Source of the DNA: Octopus sinensis
Lineage: Eukaryota
DNA: 64,000 nt
Reading direction: 5' to 3'
NCBI RefSeq assembly: GCF_006345805.1
Contig: NC_042998.1
Coordinates: forward strand, 88,908,001-88,972,000
In this document: in pieces, positions 14,171-27,445 of the stretch
How positions within the stretch are numbered: position 1 is the first letter of the stretch
Layout of the letters: every line of letters starts with the position of its first letter
Translations under genes and position numbers: made by a program
The notes under the pieces: generated by a model
Databases searched by the model: none
Told to the model about the DNA's origin: nothing
What the model saw: only the letters and a program-made list of their open reading frames with translations

Positions 14171-14385
14171 TATGTCCTGTGTATGTGTGTGTGTTTATGG
14201 GAGTATATATACATAGCTCACATAAGCATACCCACACATACATACATATATACAGATGGACACACATGCAGACATTGACATGCATAGATGTGTGTGTGAA
14301 TGAGAAAAAGAGAGAGAGAGATTGTACCTATATATATGTATTTTAATGTATACGTGTGTGTATACATACATACATTCATTCATGC

Positions 14386-14440
<55 letters not shown>

Positions 14441-14555
14441 GATAGATAGATAGATAGATGCACACAACATATTCAGTGAGAGAGTAATATATACATAGAT
14501 ATATATACCCACATATTTGTGTATATAAATACATACACAAATATGCACACACACA

Positions 14556-14592
<37 letters not shown>

Positions 14593-14989
14593 ATATACAC
14601 ATGTATGTATGTACATAAGTAAATTCTGTTTGCGTCTTTGTTTGTCTATCCAAGTTGTCTGATTGCCTTTACAACTGTAATTTGTTTCTTTGTCAGAATC
14701 TTTTATTGCACAATATTAGACTCTGTTTAGAAAATAGAATAACCTAGATTTCTTGACTCTCCAATAAAGCCTTTATACTAAGTCCATTGTCTTCCTCTGA
14801 AGAAATAAATTTCCACATTTCATGAACTTCATCTACTTTTAGATATCATAATTAAAAGACACATTTTCTTCTTGGAATCAGTATAGTTTTAACAAGGTAG
14901 CATTCTTTTTTAGCTTAGTATTTATGTAGTCTTTCTGAACATTATTGATATATATATGTGTGTATGTGTGTGTATTCATCATCATTGTC

Positions 14990-15760
14990 ATCATCATCTT
15001 TGTCATTATCACCATCTTCTTTTATGTCTATGTTTCCATCATTTTATAGAATATACAAGTCTTTTGCAACACAATCCTTTTTGAAGTTCAGCCTCCTGGA
15101 ATCAGCTTTTATTACTTTTCTCTCTGTCTTTTGTTGACCTTCCTCTCCTACAGACTCTTTTCACTTATATCACCTGGCACTTCTGTGCCCAAATGTTATC
15201 CTCCATATGCATCACATGTCCATATCAACTCAGGTTTTCTCTAATACACTTTCTCTTGGGTAATTTGCATTCTGTTTTTGATGCATGCTAACAGTATATT
15301 ACGGAGATGTACTTGCATAGCAAGTGACCTGATCCGAGATCCTGTGCTGGAATGAAAACAGCATGGAAGGTATTTATAAGCCATTTAAGAAACACACAAA
15401 AACTGTTAGATTCACTTCAGCATTTAAATTTAATTTGTCAAAATATTTCGACAAATTAAATTTAAATGTTGAAGTGAATCTAACGGTTTTTGTGTGTTGC
15501 TTAAATGGCTTATAAACACCTTCCACACTAACAATATACATCCAGCAGAATATGCTTGACTAAATTCTTTCCACCTTTTGTGCATATCTTGCATGTAACA
15601 CTCATGTTTTGCTACCATATAATATCACACTTTGTACCTAAATATCATACGATCTGTCTTTCACTCAAAGAAAGAATCTCTTTGATGTTACCAAAGGTAA
15701 TGGCTTCTTGAACTTTCCCTGTCCCCTTCTTATTCGGGCCACTATCTTCCACTCCCAATT
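14990..15760 (-). mobile_element. RTE LINE 3' remnant interrupted by a palindromic insertion
   Basis: The reverse complement aligns by eye to the RTE at 57850-58250 (LRxYGHVM-like and LYGSxTW-like segments); continuity resumes on both sides of 15299-15527. Confidence 0.6.
15364..15525. repeat. 162 bp near-perfect palindrome within a ~230 bp insertion (15299-15527)
   Basis: tggaaggtatttataagccatttaag...tttgtc aaaatatttc gacaaa...cttaaatggcttataaacaccttcca, with about 4 arm mismatches; flanked by ctaaca(g/a)tata at 15288-15298 and 15528-15538. Confidence 0.85.
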
Positions 15761-16700
15761 AGATCACTTAGGTAACAGAAGCTATCAACTACTTCTTGTC
15801 TTATGAATGCTCTTACTACTAACTAATCCTTAGCATCTTTTCCAGACAGAATTTTGTGATCCCACTGCACCTATTGTCTACATTAAGTACATTGTATGGC
15901 GTTCCTTCCTACTTTTCTGCTTATCAAACAAATGTTGAATGAGATCTCAGTAAGTGAGGCACTTCTTATTCAGATGTATTGCCTTCCATGAAAGATTGGC
16001 ACTATGAGTTGCTTTTAACTCTATTCCCTTTTTTTTTTTTTGGCTTGTTTTCTGTGACACGATACCCTTCCTATAGCTAACCAGAGTGTACTGTGTATGC
16101 TTTATAATGAAACCAGCACTAGAGAGATTGCTTTGGTTCTGGCAAGACTTAAAGAGTTTTCTCTACCCTATAACGTTGTCTCTGTTCATCAGCCCTAGAA
16201 AATCGTCTTGTTTCTAGAGCACAAAAGTGAGTGGAAGGCGAAGAGAAGGAGTGATGGAAGAGAACTAGAATAGTAAGTGCAAGAGAAGATAAATGGAAGA
16301 ATAAAGGAGAGAGAGGGATTGTTGGGGAGAAAAGAAACTGAATAAGCTGCTTGATGGAGGAACAGAGAGTGCTAGGAGATAGGTCCCTCAGCTGCTGTTG
16401 TTGAGGCAGTGAAAATTGGTGATACAGCTTAGCACTGGTGATGTTGTCATTAGATCAGAAAAACCTAGAACAGATACCATCCAATGTTATCCCATCCAAT
16501 GTTCTAAAATTTTCACCATCTCAATTCTCTGAACTGGCTTTTTATTTCTCAACCCTGAACTTTTTCAGGTCATCCTTTCAAGCTCATCCTTCCTAGTTGC
16601 TTATTGGAGTGTGCTAATATTATTGTCACAGTAACCTAGGAAGAATAGGTTCAAAAAGGCTGTATGCATTTTATCTATTCATTTTTATACATTTTATCAT

Positions 16701-16929
16701 TTGACCTTCTGTTGTCAAATTTCTGTTGAAATGTACTGCCTTTGTTTCAGTTAATTTTGGAAATAATGCAATAGTTAGTAAAATAATTTTGTCATTATTA
16801 AACTGGTGTTTAGACCATAAAATTAACATGAGATTTTGAAGGTGGCTTTTAATTGAGATCAACTTAAAACAGGAACTTTGTATTGTAAATCTAGAGCAGT
16901 TTGGTGCGAGTTGGTATTAAAAGGGTTAA
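16701..16929 (-). mobile_element. Degenerate piggyBac-like MITE (TTAA/CCCTT termini)
   Basis: Right end ggtattaaaagggttaa; left end a decayed ttgaccttctgttgtc; AT-rich interior. Confidence 0.4.
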
Positions 16930-16949
16930 ATTATGGCATATAACTGTCA

Positions 16950-17700
16950 GGCAGCTCTTCATCATGTAAATGGCTTTGTTTTTTTGCTAACAGACTTGTT
17001 TCTGTCAATGCCAGTGTGCCTGGTGTATTTATATCTCCAGTGAAAGTTTGCTGCTATGAATCAATAAGATTCCTCTGATAGAAGGTCATTCCTGTGTAAC
17101 AGTAACCGGTCTCTTTCTGGTGCTTTCTACATTTAAAGCTTTTCAACCATACTTCCAAGAGTATCACAGTTGATACTGATTGATTTTGTATTGTGGGGAT
17201 AATATTTCTCCCAGGTTTATTCTGACAATACTGCACCCTGGTTAAACTCTTGTTTTTTAGTCACAGCAGATTTTTCTTCAAATGAACCTGTATCTTCCTG
17301 CCCAGGATCTTCTGTGATTTGTACATACTGTATTTTCATCTCTGTAGTTTAATTTTAATTGAATTTCTTGCTAACTTTATTTTTGTTACAGTTACTGATG
17401 ATGAAATTTTTCTATGACATTTTCTAAATCCTATTCCTGTATGATCAATTTACACTCAAGTTTCATCTCCTTTTAACCATTTCCAAACATTGTTTAGAAT
17501 ATTTTTTGGTAAGCACTATAGTTGCTTGCTTGCATGTGATAAGTTTTAACTCATAGTCATCAGCTGACCAACAATCTCTACTCCTTTCCAAAATGCATGA
17601 TGGCACTTGTTTTATTGTTTTTCGTTACTTCTTTAGTATTTTCTTTAGAGACTGTTTAATAGTTGTGGAGAGGTCACGCAAACAGGGATTTGTTTGCCAA
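16950..17700 (-). mobile_element. Highly decayed non-LTR retrotransposon remnant
   Basis: Minus strand has a KAPERDRL segment resembling the KAPGxDxI motif upstream of RT, in a purine-rich decayed context. Confidence 0.3.
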
Positions 17701-17985
17701 AATGAAGGGACATTACTTTGTTATATTTGCTTCTGATGTTTTTAATTACTGCCAATATCAACTTAGTGGGTCTCTTATTGGTATTAGTCAAATATGGTCT
17801 GTCTTGTAGTTGGAGTTACAAAAAAAATAAGTAAATAAAAAAATAGAATAAGCTTTTCCTTTCAATTGTTTATATATATATATTTTACCAATATATATAT
17901 ATATATATATATATATTGGTAAAAACGGTAAGATAACAAAAGAAAGAAAGAGACCTCAATATTATGTAAATAGAGGAAATTTATC

Positions 17986-18197
17986 TATAAAATAATATGT
18001 TACATTACTCAATGGTCAAGATAAAACTCTGAGTTTCAGATACCGAAGTGGAAATCCACAACACCATCTCTTCGGTTATCTGGCCGTCTAAGGAGATGGC
18101 CAGATAACCGAAGACATGGTGTTGTGGATTTCCACTTCGGCATCTGAAACTCAGAGTTTTATCTTAACTATTGAGTAATGTAACATATTATTTTATA
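17986..18197. repeat. 212 bp near-perfect palindrome (probable inverted Penelope-type termini)
   Basis: tataaaataatatgttacattactcaat...ttatctggcc gtct aagg agat ggccagataa...attgagtaatgtaacatattattttata; ~104 bp arms, about 5 mismatches, 4 nt loop. Confidence 0.9.
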
Positions 18198-18214
18198 TAT
18201 ATATATATAAAGTT

Positions 18215-18350
18215 AATCCAACAAGAAAGCACAAAAAAACACAACAATGCGAGGACGTGGAACAAATATAGTATTATTGGATGCTCAGGAAGTGAGAAAG
18301 TCTTTTACGTTTCGGGCCCAAGCTCTCCAACAGAAAGGAACACATAAATA
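18215..18350 (-). mobile_element. Penelope-like terminal repeat fragment with degenerate hammerhead motif
   Basis: Minus strand reads cttt CTGTTGG agagc ttg ggccc GAAAC GTA aaag; a related fragment lies at ~54905-54990. Confidence 0.5.
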
Positions 18351-18380
18351 AGGAGGGAGAGAAATATGTATGTATGTATG

Positions 18381-18414
<34 letters not shown>

Positions 18415-18450
18415 TGTGTGTTGTGTGTGTGTGTGTGTGTGTATATATGA

Positions 18451-18481
<31 letters not shown>

Positions 18482-18489
18482 TATAATAG

Positions 18490-18680
18490 TCATCATCATT
18501 TAATGCCCTACTTCCATACTAGCATGGGTTGAACAGTTTGACAGGGGCTGTGTATGTTTTGGCATGTTTTTTACAGCTAGCTGCCCTTCTAGATACCAAC
18601 CACTTTACAGTGTGGAGTAGGTGCTTTTTAAATGGCACCTGCACTAGCAGGGTCACCAAGTAACTTGCAAGACAAAGAAT
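18490..18680 (-). mobile_element. RTE-tail/SINE fragment
   Basis: catcatcatttaatgccctacttccatactagcatgggttgaacag...gctgcccttctagataccaaccactt is the reverse of the common tail. Further copies lie at 19150-19290, 48610-48790, 50150-50400, 53790-53870 and 54060-54360 (-), and at 6190-6280 and 46920-47060 (+). Confidence 0.7.
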
Positions 18681-18971
18681 TTTTGAGTGGGGAGGGAACT
18701 TTGGAGGAGGTGATCTTGTTCTAGATGATGGAAGGTTAGAGTGTGAAAAACACATGTACATGAGAGAGAGAAAGAGATTCCATTTGCTAAATGATAGAAA
18801 ACATCAGAAACTGACTACAACAGTGTATTGCAATTAGAATTACAAATCACCATTTGGAGGATATCATTTTGAAAATCAAATGAAATTAACTGTGTCCCTT
18901 CACATTTATGTTATTAAAATATCATTTTACTAACATTTACCTTGGTCTTTCACTGCACCTTTTATGTATAC

Positions 18972-19009
<38 letters not shown>

Positions 19010-20038
19010 AATAAAAAACAAAAACAAAGAACAAACACAAGCAAAAAACAACAATGCGAGGACATGGTGCATGCAAAGTATTTGCAGACACCCAGGGAAG
19101 GAAAGATATATATATATATCATCATCATCATTATCATTATCATCATCATAATGTCCATTGTCCATGCTGGCATGAGCTGGATGGGTTTTGACCAGAGCTG
19201 GTAAGCTGGAGAGCTGCACTAGGCTCCAGTCTGCTTTGACATAGTTTCTATGGCTGGATGCCCTTCCTAACACCAACCACTTTACAGGGTGTGCTGGGTG
19301 ATTTTGTGTGTCTGTGTGCATGCGTGCACACACACACACACACACAGAGTGAGATTCTTTTTGCTCCAATTTGTAGCAGGTGGAACTACTGAGTAGAAGC
19401 TCTCACCTTGCTTCATATATGCATATGTATATCTGTTTATTATGAATATGTATGTATATTCAAATGTGCTTATAAATGTTTATGTATATCCTTAAAAATA
19501 TCTACATACATATGTGTACCCCTGTGCATTTACATGTTCATACATAGGTTTTTGCATATATCTGTGTGTGTGTGTGTGTGTGCATGCTTGTATGTGTATT
19601 TATATTTGTAGTTTTGTATACTTCTCTCTGTATGTAAATTATATACACAAATGTGTTCATATTTGAATACATTAACATAAGAATTTACGTTAATTTTATA
19701 TAGTTAATCAGGTTCTTTATGTCAAAATTGATTTACTCAACTTACACTTTTCAACTGTCTGGTTGTAAAATTTAATATTTTCTTTTCAAATGCAATTTAT
19801 AAATACATATAAATTAATGAGAACATAGGAAGCCATTCTTTTGATTATTATTTATTTAAAAAAATTTATTTACTTATTTTTATTTAATAACATTTTTTTT
19901 TCTTATTTCTGTAACTGCATGTATGTATGTAATTTGTGTGTAAAGATAATCTTAATCTGGAATTGGTTTAAATGTTCTGAATATATGTTTTGAAAATAAA
20001 ACAAAAATGAATGTATAAATAATTTAACGAAATGATAA

Positions 20039-20074
<36 letters not shown>

Positions 20075-21189
20075 CTTGGTGAAATACAGTGCTGTTATTG
20101 TTATCGATAACCCATTGTGATTGATAACATGAGGTGTGCATATATCATCGAGATATCAACACACATGAGTGACTGTCTCTAGGTAACTGATTATTCTGTT
20201 TCTTAACAATCAATTCCTATTGAGGTTCACAATCTATTTTATCTATTGTCATTTTGATCATTACATCAAATTGCTTGACATTGCAAATAAGGGGAAAAAA
20301 TATCCGAGTATATATAAACAGCTGTAAAGATTGCTTATAACATATACATGCCAATATTTATTCATGCAAAATGTGCTTGAGCACTTATCACACATATACT
20401 TGCATGTATTCATTCCTGAGTGCATACATGCATAGATATATATAGATGTATATGTATAGTATGTATGTATGTATGTGCATGTGTGTAGGGGAGAGGTTTG
20501 AAATTGCTGTTGAAATTTTATTTAAATTTTTGTAATATAATATTTCATTTAGTGTGTGTATTAGGTTGGTTTGATTCATTAATTTATGCTTTTCCTACTT
20601 TCCCAAGGAAAAGATTATCTGTGTGGTGTTAAAGCTTACATATAAATATTTTAGAAGAAATAGGGAAAATATTATATACTTGCCAAACAACAATCAACAA
20701 CTGAATAAACACCCTTTTGTTGACTTACTGCTTGTTATGTTAACTAACCAACCTAGCCCTTAAATACAAAGATGTCTAAATTCACATTTAAGAGTTCATG
20801 TGACAATTAGGAGAAACATTTAAACCAAAAAATTATGTCGAAAATTAAATATGAACTTGGGTGTCTATGTATGTTTTCATCTTTATAATGCCAAGGTCAT
20901 TTTTAAATAACATTTTGGATACAGTTTTCATAAATTCAATAATATAATAACACTGTAATTTTGAAAATTGAATCTCTTTCATTTTTGACCTTTCCTAAAA
21001 ATCAAGAATTATGTCTGTGTTAGCAATCCGGTAAGTGAAGCACCTACTTGATTTTTATCATGGAAGGATGTACTGAATTGATTTCCTTGTTATCTGTTTG
21101 AGGTTACTAGTGAAGCTTAAGAATGTTCCTCAAAGAATCAGATATCTATGTTTGGTAACTAGGCAAATAGTGTTAAGAACTACAAATTG

Positions 21190-21640
21190 TCTAGAGATCA
21201 CAGCACTCAAAGCAATCCAACTTCACTATTAAGCCACTAATCCGAGAAGGTTACCTCCGTGCAACTGATGGACTAAAAGCATAGATTATAAGAGCTGAGG
21301 TTCTACTCCTTGGAGACAGGATATAAACAATGTGTAGTAATATGTATATGGAAGATTATGGAAGGTCCAGCGTGGAAAGCTATACTAATCACTGGACTGC
21401 ATGCCACTGCTTAGTATCAGAGTTCCTGCCCTCTCTGTCCAGATTAAAAACCCAACACTGTAATAAGGCTCACAGCTTATTCAGGCCTTGCCAAGAGACC
21501 TCAGAGATCTACAAGGTATAAATGTTCAAAGAACAATGAAACAAATTTTTATGTGATCTATCAGATGAACTTATATCACTGCAAGAAATACAAGGAAGGG
21601 CAGCTCTGTCCCACTTACTACTTTACCAAGACCAATTCCA
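21190..21640 (+). mobile_element. CR1/L2-group LINE ORF2 3' remnant
   Basis: LRFYSLETG...IWKIMEG and GSQLIQALPRDLRDLQGINV resemble the LYSLERRRERY..IWKILEG and GPxLFNxLPxDLR motifs. Confidence 0.55.
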
Positions 21641-23270
21641 GAAACAGTACTAGGAAGTGATCCTAAAATATACAAGCATTAGTGGTGGCCCAGGATGACA
21701 GCAGCCTCTGTTTGAAACCAATTATAGAATAATAAATTAACAAAATAATATATTAAACTCAGTACTAGTTTTATCCACCGGCCTGATAATTGTATGAAAT
21801 AAAATATCTGTAAGGATCCTAAAAAAGAATAGCAAATATAACAAAACTTTTGCTTATTTATTTATTTATTTGTTTTTTTTTTTATTTCATTGGTTTGGTC
21901 TATAAGAAAAGGCTATGCCCATGACGTTTGCAAACTCTTTAGGACTGTTGAGATTACAGTTGTTTCATTAATTGTAACCTACTACATTTGAATATAATTT
22001 AGTGTTTCTTTTACAGGTTTAAACATTAGTTTATGAGTAGTAAGTTCATTTGTAAGATTGCAAAAGAAAAGAACTAACCATGTTTCAGAATCAGTGTGAC
22101 TGCTTTTCATTATTACTGACAAATTTTGTGTTTTTAACAGTTTTACATGTTGTTGAAGCAAACATGGTCTGCTGTAATAAAAGAATTTTAGAAGTTTTTG
22201 CTGGTAATTTCTGTTATCTATGAAACTTGATCAATGGATTTTGCAGGAGGCAACAAGCAGTAATATTAATATAGTAATGAAAATTTATAGTGGCTAGAAA
22301 TAGTCTCAAAAGCTTTAAGCTATAATGATAATGACAGAAGCATTTTCTCCTCTCTGTAATGAAAGTTGGTTATAGGGAAGTTATTTCAGTTAAACTGCTG
22401 TACAGTGATGAAAGATGAGCAATAACTAAAGATAAAAACATCTACAATAACCAGAAAGAACTACTTTGAATGTGATTTTCAGCAATATGATATGGAGCTA
22501 AGGGATAAACAAATTTTGGTTGAGATGACATAATGGCATGAGAGAAAAATTGTGGTGATATGGATATAGATTTGCATCTATTTCAATGAGGATGGAGAAA
22601 GAGAACAAGCTGAAAACTGATTGGTTGTTAATGTTTTTGTTATGATGCAGAAGTAAGTAAACAGTAAAATCTGCTGCAAAATGTTTAAGCTTTTACACAG
22701 GAGAACTAGAAAGAAAAGATGAAATAGTTCATATAACAAAACAAAAAAAAAAAGGAACTCACAATCATAAAAAGAAAAGTACAATAATTTTGGCAGTGGA
22801 ATGTGAATTTATTTGATTTTAATCTATTGTTTGATGTTAGGTCTTTTTATTTTGATAAATCACTTGTGTCAATTGCATTTCTTATTAGGATTAGATAAAA
22901 CTGATTGATCTTGTCAGAAAGTGATATATATATATATCAAGAGAACCTTCAAAATCAAATTATTATTTGAAAAGAAAAAAATGGGGGGTGGGAATGGAAA
23001 AAGCAGAAAACTCTCTATAGTGTAAATTGTGATATTTGAGATCTTTTCTGTCAATCTTGCCCTCTTCTTTCACTTTTTGTGCTCATTTTACAAGATGAAT
23101 TTATCAGTAGTATTAGGATGATGATGCTTATGTTGATGATGAACATTATATATGATCTGATTTGTTATAAATATAATATATGTTGCTTCCAAGCCATGTG
23201 ATATTATATTTACATCATTTGGCCTAAATCTTTGTACATTCAACTTCACTGTAGTACTAACACTTTAATT

Positions 23271-23271
23271 A

Positions 23272-23325
<54 letters not shown>
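23271..23325. repeat. (CTA)n microsatellite, one example of dozens of (CA)n, (TA)n, (AG)n, (TAA)n and (CAT)n tracts
   Basis: Directly visible. Other examples: (TA)n 7349-7388, (AG)n 11512-11548, (TAA)n 20040-20074 and 31090-31128. Confidence 0.95.
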
Positions 23326-23339
23326 AAATGAAGTTAAAA

Positions 23340-23745
23340 ATAAGAAAAAAGAGCAGAAATTATCTGAGTGGCAGGATAAGGTATTTCATGATAGATTTCC
23401 AAAGATAGTTGCAGCAAATAGTGAGATATGATTATGGTTGTTGAAAGGAAGGCTGCAAAGTGAGACAAAAAGCTTTTTAGTTGCAAAAAAGCAGCACAAG
23501 ATCCAGCATTAAGGATTAATTGAATAAAGGCCAAGATAGTCAAAAACTGAGTTGATTCCCAATGTAGGCTATGCAAATCTAAAGAGGAAAGTGTTACTCC
23601 TATAATAAGTGAATGTAGCATGCTGGCACAGAAAGAATACAAGAAAAGACATGACAACCTAGGGAGAGTAATCCACTGGAAGTTATGTACAAAGCTAGCA
23701 TTTGAACATACTGATAAATGGATTGAATATGAACCTAGTAACATT
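23340..23745 (+). mobile_element. R4/Dong-clade (RLE) LINE C-terminal remnant
   Basis: AAQDPALRIN*IKAKIVKN*VDSQCRLCKSKEESVTPIISECSMLAQKEYKKRHDNLGRVIHWKLC: CCHC-knuckle region and the RHD motif preceding the restriction-like endonuclease. Confidence 0.8.
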
Positions 23746-26700
23746 CAGAATAATACTCAATTAAATAAATAGGAGTCACATGATAGATGTGACTTAATTA
23801 ACTCTTCCTTCCACTAAATTTATTATTTTCTACTTTAATTGGAAATCATTATTGTTATCATTTGTTAAACCACTCAACCACAAGTGAGAGAATATGTACT
23901 TTGCAAGGGGAAGTTGATCTATTTTGCCCCATGTTAGCCCTGCTCTCCATACATCTACAGATGCAATACCTATACACATTGTCAGTGTTGTGTCCACAAT
24001 TCACTGGATGGTTCAGTTCTTGCAGCACGTACTTTATCCTGACAATTCAACTGAGGTTGATCAAGTCTTAATCTGTGTCTAAATGACACTCTACTAACCT
24101 TTTTGATCACCTGTTTGTAGCCAGAGCTATCTAGATACTTTCTCTGCAGCTTCCATATTGTTCTTGTTGGCCCATCTACTCATTCCCATAATCATTGGGG
24201 TACAATAAGCTATGACCTGTGAACCTTTAACTGCTTACTTGCACTGATATACACCTTGCTCTCCACCTATTTCTGTAGCAGTCCTTTGCTAATTTCTGTT
24301 ACTTTATCCTCTTCCTCTTTTTCATTTTCTCTGCCCTCTTCTAGTGCGCAGTTAACTTCAAAGACAAAGAGTATAGAACTGTTTTGTCTTTATATATAAA
24401 TATGCAAACTGAGATGTTGGCAAGAAACTCTGTAAAATATCTGCTATTGATTTGAACACACATGAGCTAAAATATGAAAATGTGGCACATGAATTACTTT
24501 TATAGCTCTTTCTTTCATAGTATTGTAGTTCTATTACAAGACAATAAGTTTATTTATTTATTTATTTTATTTATTCATTCATTGAAAGAAATCTGTCATA
24601 AGGTTTAGCCATGGCTTCAGCTGTTTCACTATTCTAGTTTATAGTTAAACAAAAGTACAAATACATCAGACTTATCAATATTCATAGTTTAATATCCATC
24701 ACCTTAGAGCTAAAATCAGGAAGTAAACTCAAGAATAAAAGTATTTTAGATGTTATTGATAAGATATATTAGTCAAAAATGATGCTAGTGGGGGGCCCTT
24801 GTAATTAGAGAATGAAACAAGAATAGCCAACGGGGTAATATAAAGTATAGCACCAAACAAGAGTAAAGTAAAATGTCAAAGGTCACTAAATGTGATGAAA
24901 AGCCATTTTAGAAGAACAGATAGATATATGTTTAGAAAGAAATGGAAAGTAAAGAGATTCATATGAGAGAGATGGAGGGGGTATTGAGTTGAAGACAAGG
25001 ATTTCTCAGAACTACTTTACAAAATCATGCTGAGAACTAAAATACTTGAAAAATATTGAAGAAGGCAAACCATTCTGTAGGGATAGATTCAGGAAAACTT
25101 AACATTATGTAGTGAAAATGTTGGTAGTATTTCAGTGATATTAGTCATAATTAAGTAGGAATGAGTCTTTTTAATATTTTCCTTTTCTTATTAATTTTGT
25201 ATTTTTATATCTATTTATCCTTTTGTCACTGGTCATATCTTCACTGTGTGTGTGTGTGTGTGTGTACACGTACACACATACATACTGAAGATGCATCAAC
25301 AACAATAATCTTTATAGACTATTCGTCAAACATAAAGAGATAGTGGTGATGAGAAGAATGTCTTTCAATGGTAATCTTATCTTATGTATTCCAAATTATG
25401 ATTAGTTCAGCTAAAAGAAATCTTCATTATTTCTTTGGTTTCTGTTTTTTTTACTTTTGCAGTGTATGAATATTTGTGTTTGTCTTTACATTTTGGTATT
25501 GAGGTTAATTTTTCTGTTGGCTTTTTTACATTACCAAAAAGAAATTAACAGTCATCTACTCAGAGAGAAATTAGATAGCTAAAAAGCCAAAATTACCAAG
25601 TCCAATTTCTACTGCCAATTAAGATTTTAATTTTCTCATCATCTACATAGAATATTTCTGTAATTTTTCATCAAATAAATGTTATTGCATCATAAACCTG
25701 TAACCTTAGGTCATCACTCACTACGTAGTTTTCTCAGTTGTTTGGCTATAGTTTATAAATTGATACAAATAATGAAGCTCCTAGTCAGTTTAAGATATAA
25801 GAAATACATAACATGCCATATAATACTTTACTTTCTTCAGCTACTATTTTTTACAGTATCAAGCATAATGATGCATTAGCTCACAGTTTCTAAAAAGGAT
25901 ATATTTTCCTGAGTGGGGTTACTGAAGTTGCAGTTTAGTACTTTTTCTGATATTAACTTGTGAGGTACTTTTTTCTGTAAAACTTTGATGTATTACTATT
26001 GTGATAGTAGTATTGTTTGTAAATGCTTTCATGCAAGTATTATCTTTGTCTCTTGTAACAGTTGTAATTATCGATATTATTCTGAAGTTTTTACTGAAGT
26101 AAATAGAGCTGTAAAAACTCTTTTTTTTTTTGTAAAATTTAATTAGTGCTAAAAGTGAGTCCTACATTTTATACTTAATTGCTATGACAATTAAACTAAG
26201 ACAAACCTATAGCTATCCATAAATCACTTCAGGTATGGCACTGCAATAATAGAACAGACTTGTGTGTATATTTCACTGATAGTGGGGAAAATAATTTCTT
26301 TAGATAATTACTTTTGTTTAGAACATGTATAACCCATAGCTCTCAGTCATTAAATTCTTAAATATTTTAAATATATTCAAGATATTTAAGAAATAGCAAA
26401 TATTGATGACCATCCTGGAATATTGATGTAGCTCAAATATTGCCTTCTTGCAGCTGAGCTCACTTGCTACTCTAATCCAAATGATTACAACTCAACTTGG
26501 TATCTGGAAAGTTCAAAGCATTTTCGTTTTTGTTTTTGAGTCACAGCTCTCAGTGGATTAGACTTTGACAAATGGGAGCTGAAAATGGATCTCACACATA
26601 TTTATGTGACATTTGAATCACAAGATAAGATATGACTAATATTTCTGTAACAAAACACTACACTGAATCCATACTAGTTCCACAAAAGAATAGAAGTTCT

Positions 26701-27283
26701 GACATCATTCTCACATAATATGCTAATAATTATACATGTAACTTTACACCTTTGAAAACCATGTACTCTACAAATGTATTTCAGTACAAAACAAACCTCA
26801 CAACAACGTTGAGTTTTGATCTAACCAAACACAATAATGAATTTAATAGTCAAAGTCACCTGAAATTGATCTGTCAAAATCATTTCATGTTACAGCTTTA
26901 CTTATAGTTAAGTTAAGGCCAATATACTTCATGGAATGGGAAGGAGAAACATAATTACTTAATTGATTATACATATTGCAGTAAAATGAAAGCCTTATCT
27001 GAAGATATAATATTACTTTAATTAGAGCTTGGTAGGTAAGAGCATCAACTTTGGACATGTTTCTCTCCTATTAAAACTCACTATAACATGCCTGTGAAAT
27101 AACTACTACACAGTTTTCCAACTTGCTAGAAATAGCAACTAAATCTTCAGATCATGCTGTACCAATAAGAAAAAGGAAAGATAACCCATTTGATAATGTA
27201 ATCAAAAGACAGGAGGGTCACAGCTGGAATATCTGTTCAATCAGGGTTCACCTGGGTCTAAACAACAGGAACAACAACAATCG

Positions 27284-27445
27284 CCGGGCGATGTGTGTGT
27301 TTATGAGTGAAACACCTAAGCTCCACGTGGCTCCAGCAGAAGGTAATGGTGAACTTCTGCTGACTCTTTTGCCACAAAACACATACGCCATAGAAACCAG
27401 GAAATCGGGCCCATGAGCCTGGCTAGGGTTTAAAAGGCCGCATTT
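27284..27445 (+). mobile_element. SINE fragment (same family as 40728-41025)
   Basis: gatgtgtgtgtttatgagtgaaacacctaagctccacgtggctccagcagaaggtaatgg is shared with 40790-40860. Confidence 0.65.

Noticed and set aside
21005-21036. Possible micro-exon ending in CG|gtaagt
   Set aside because: Weak acceptor and no similarity to hyccin or any protein I recognise.
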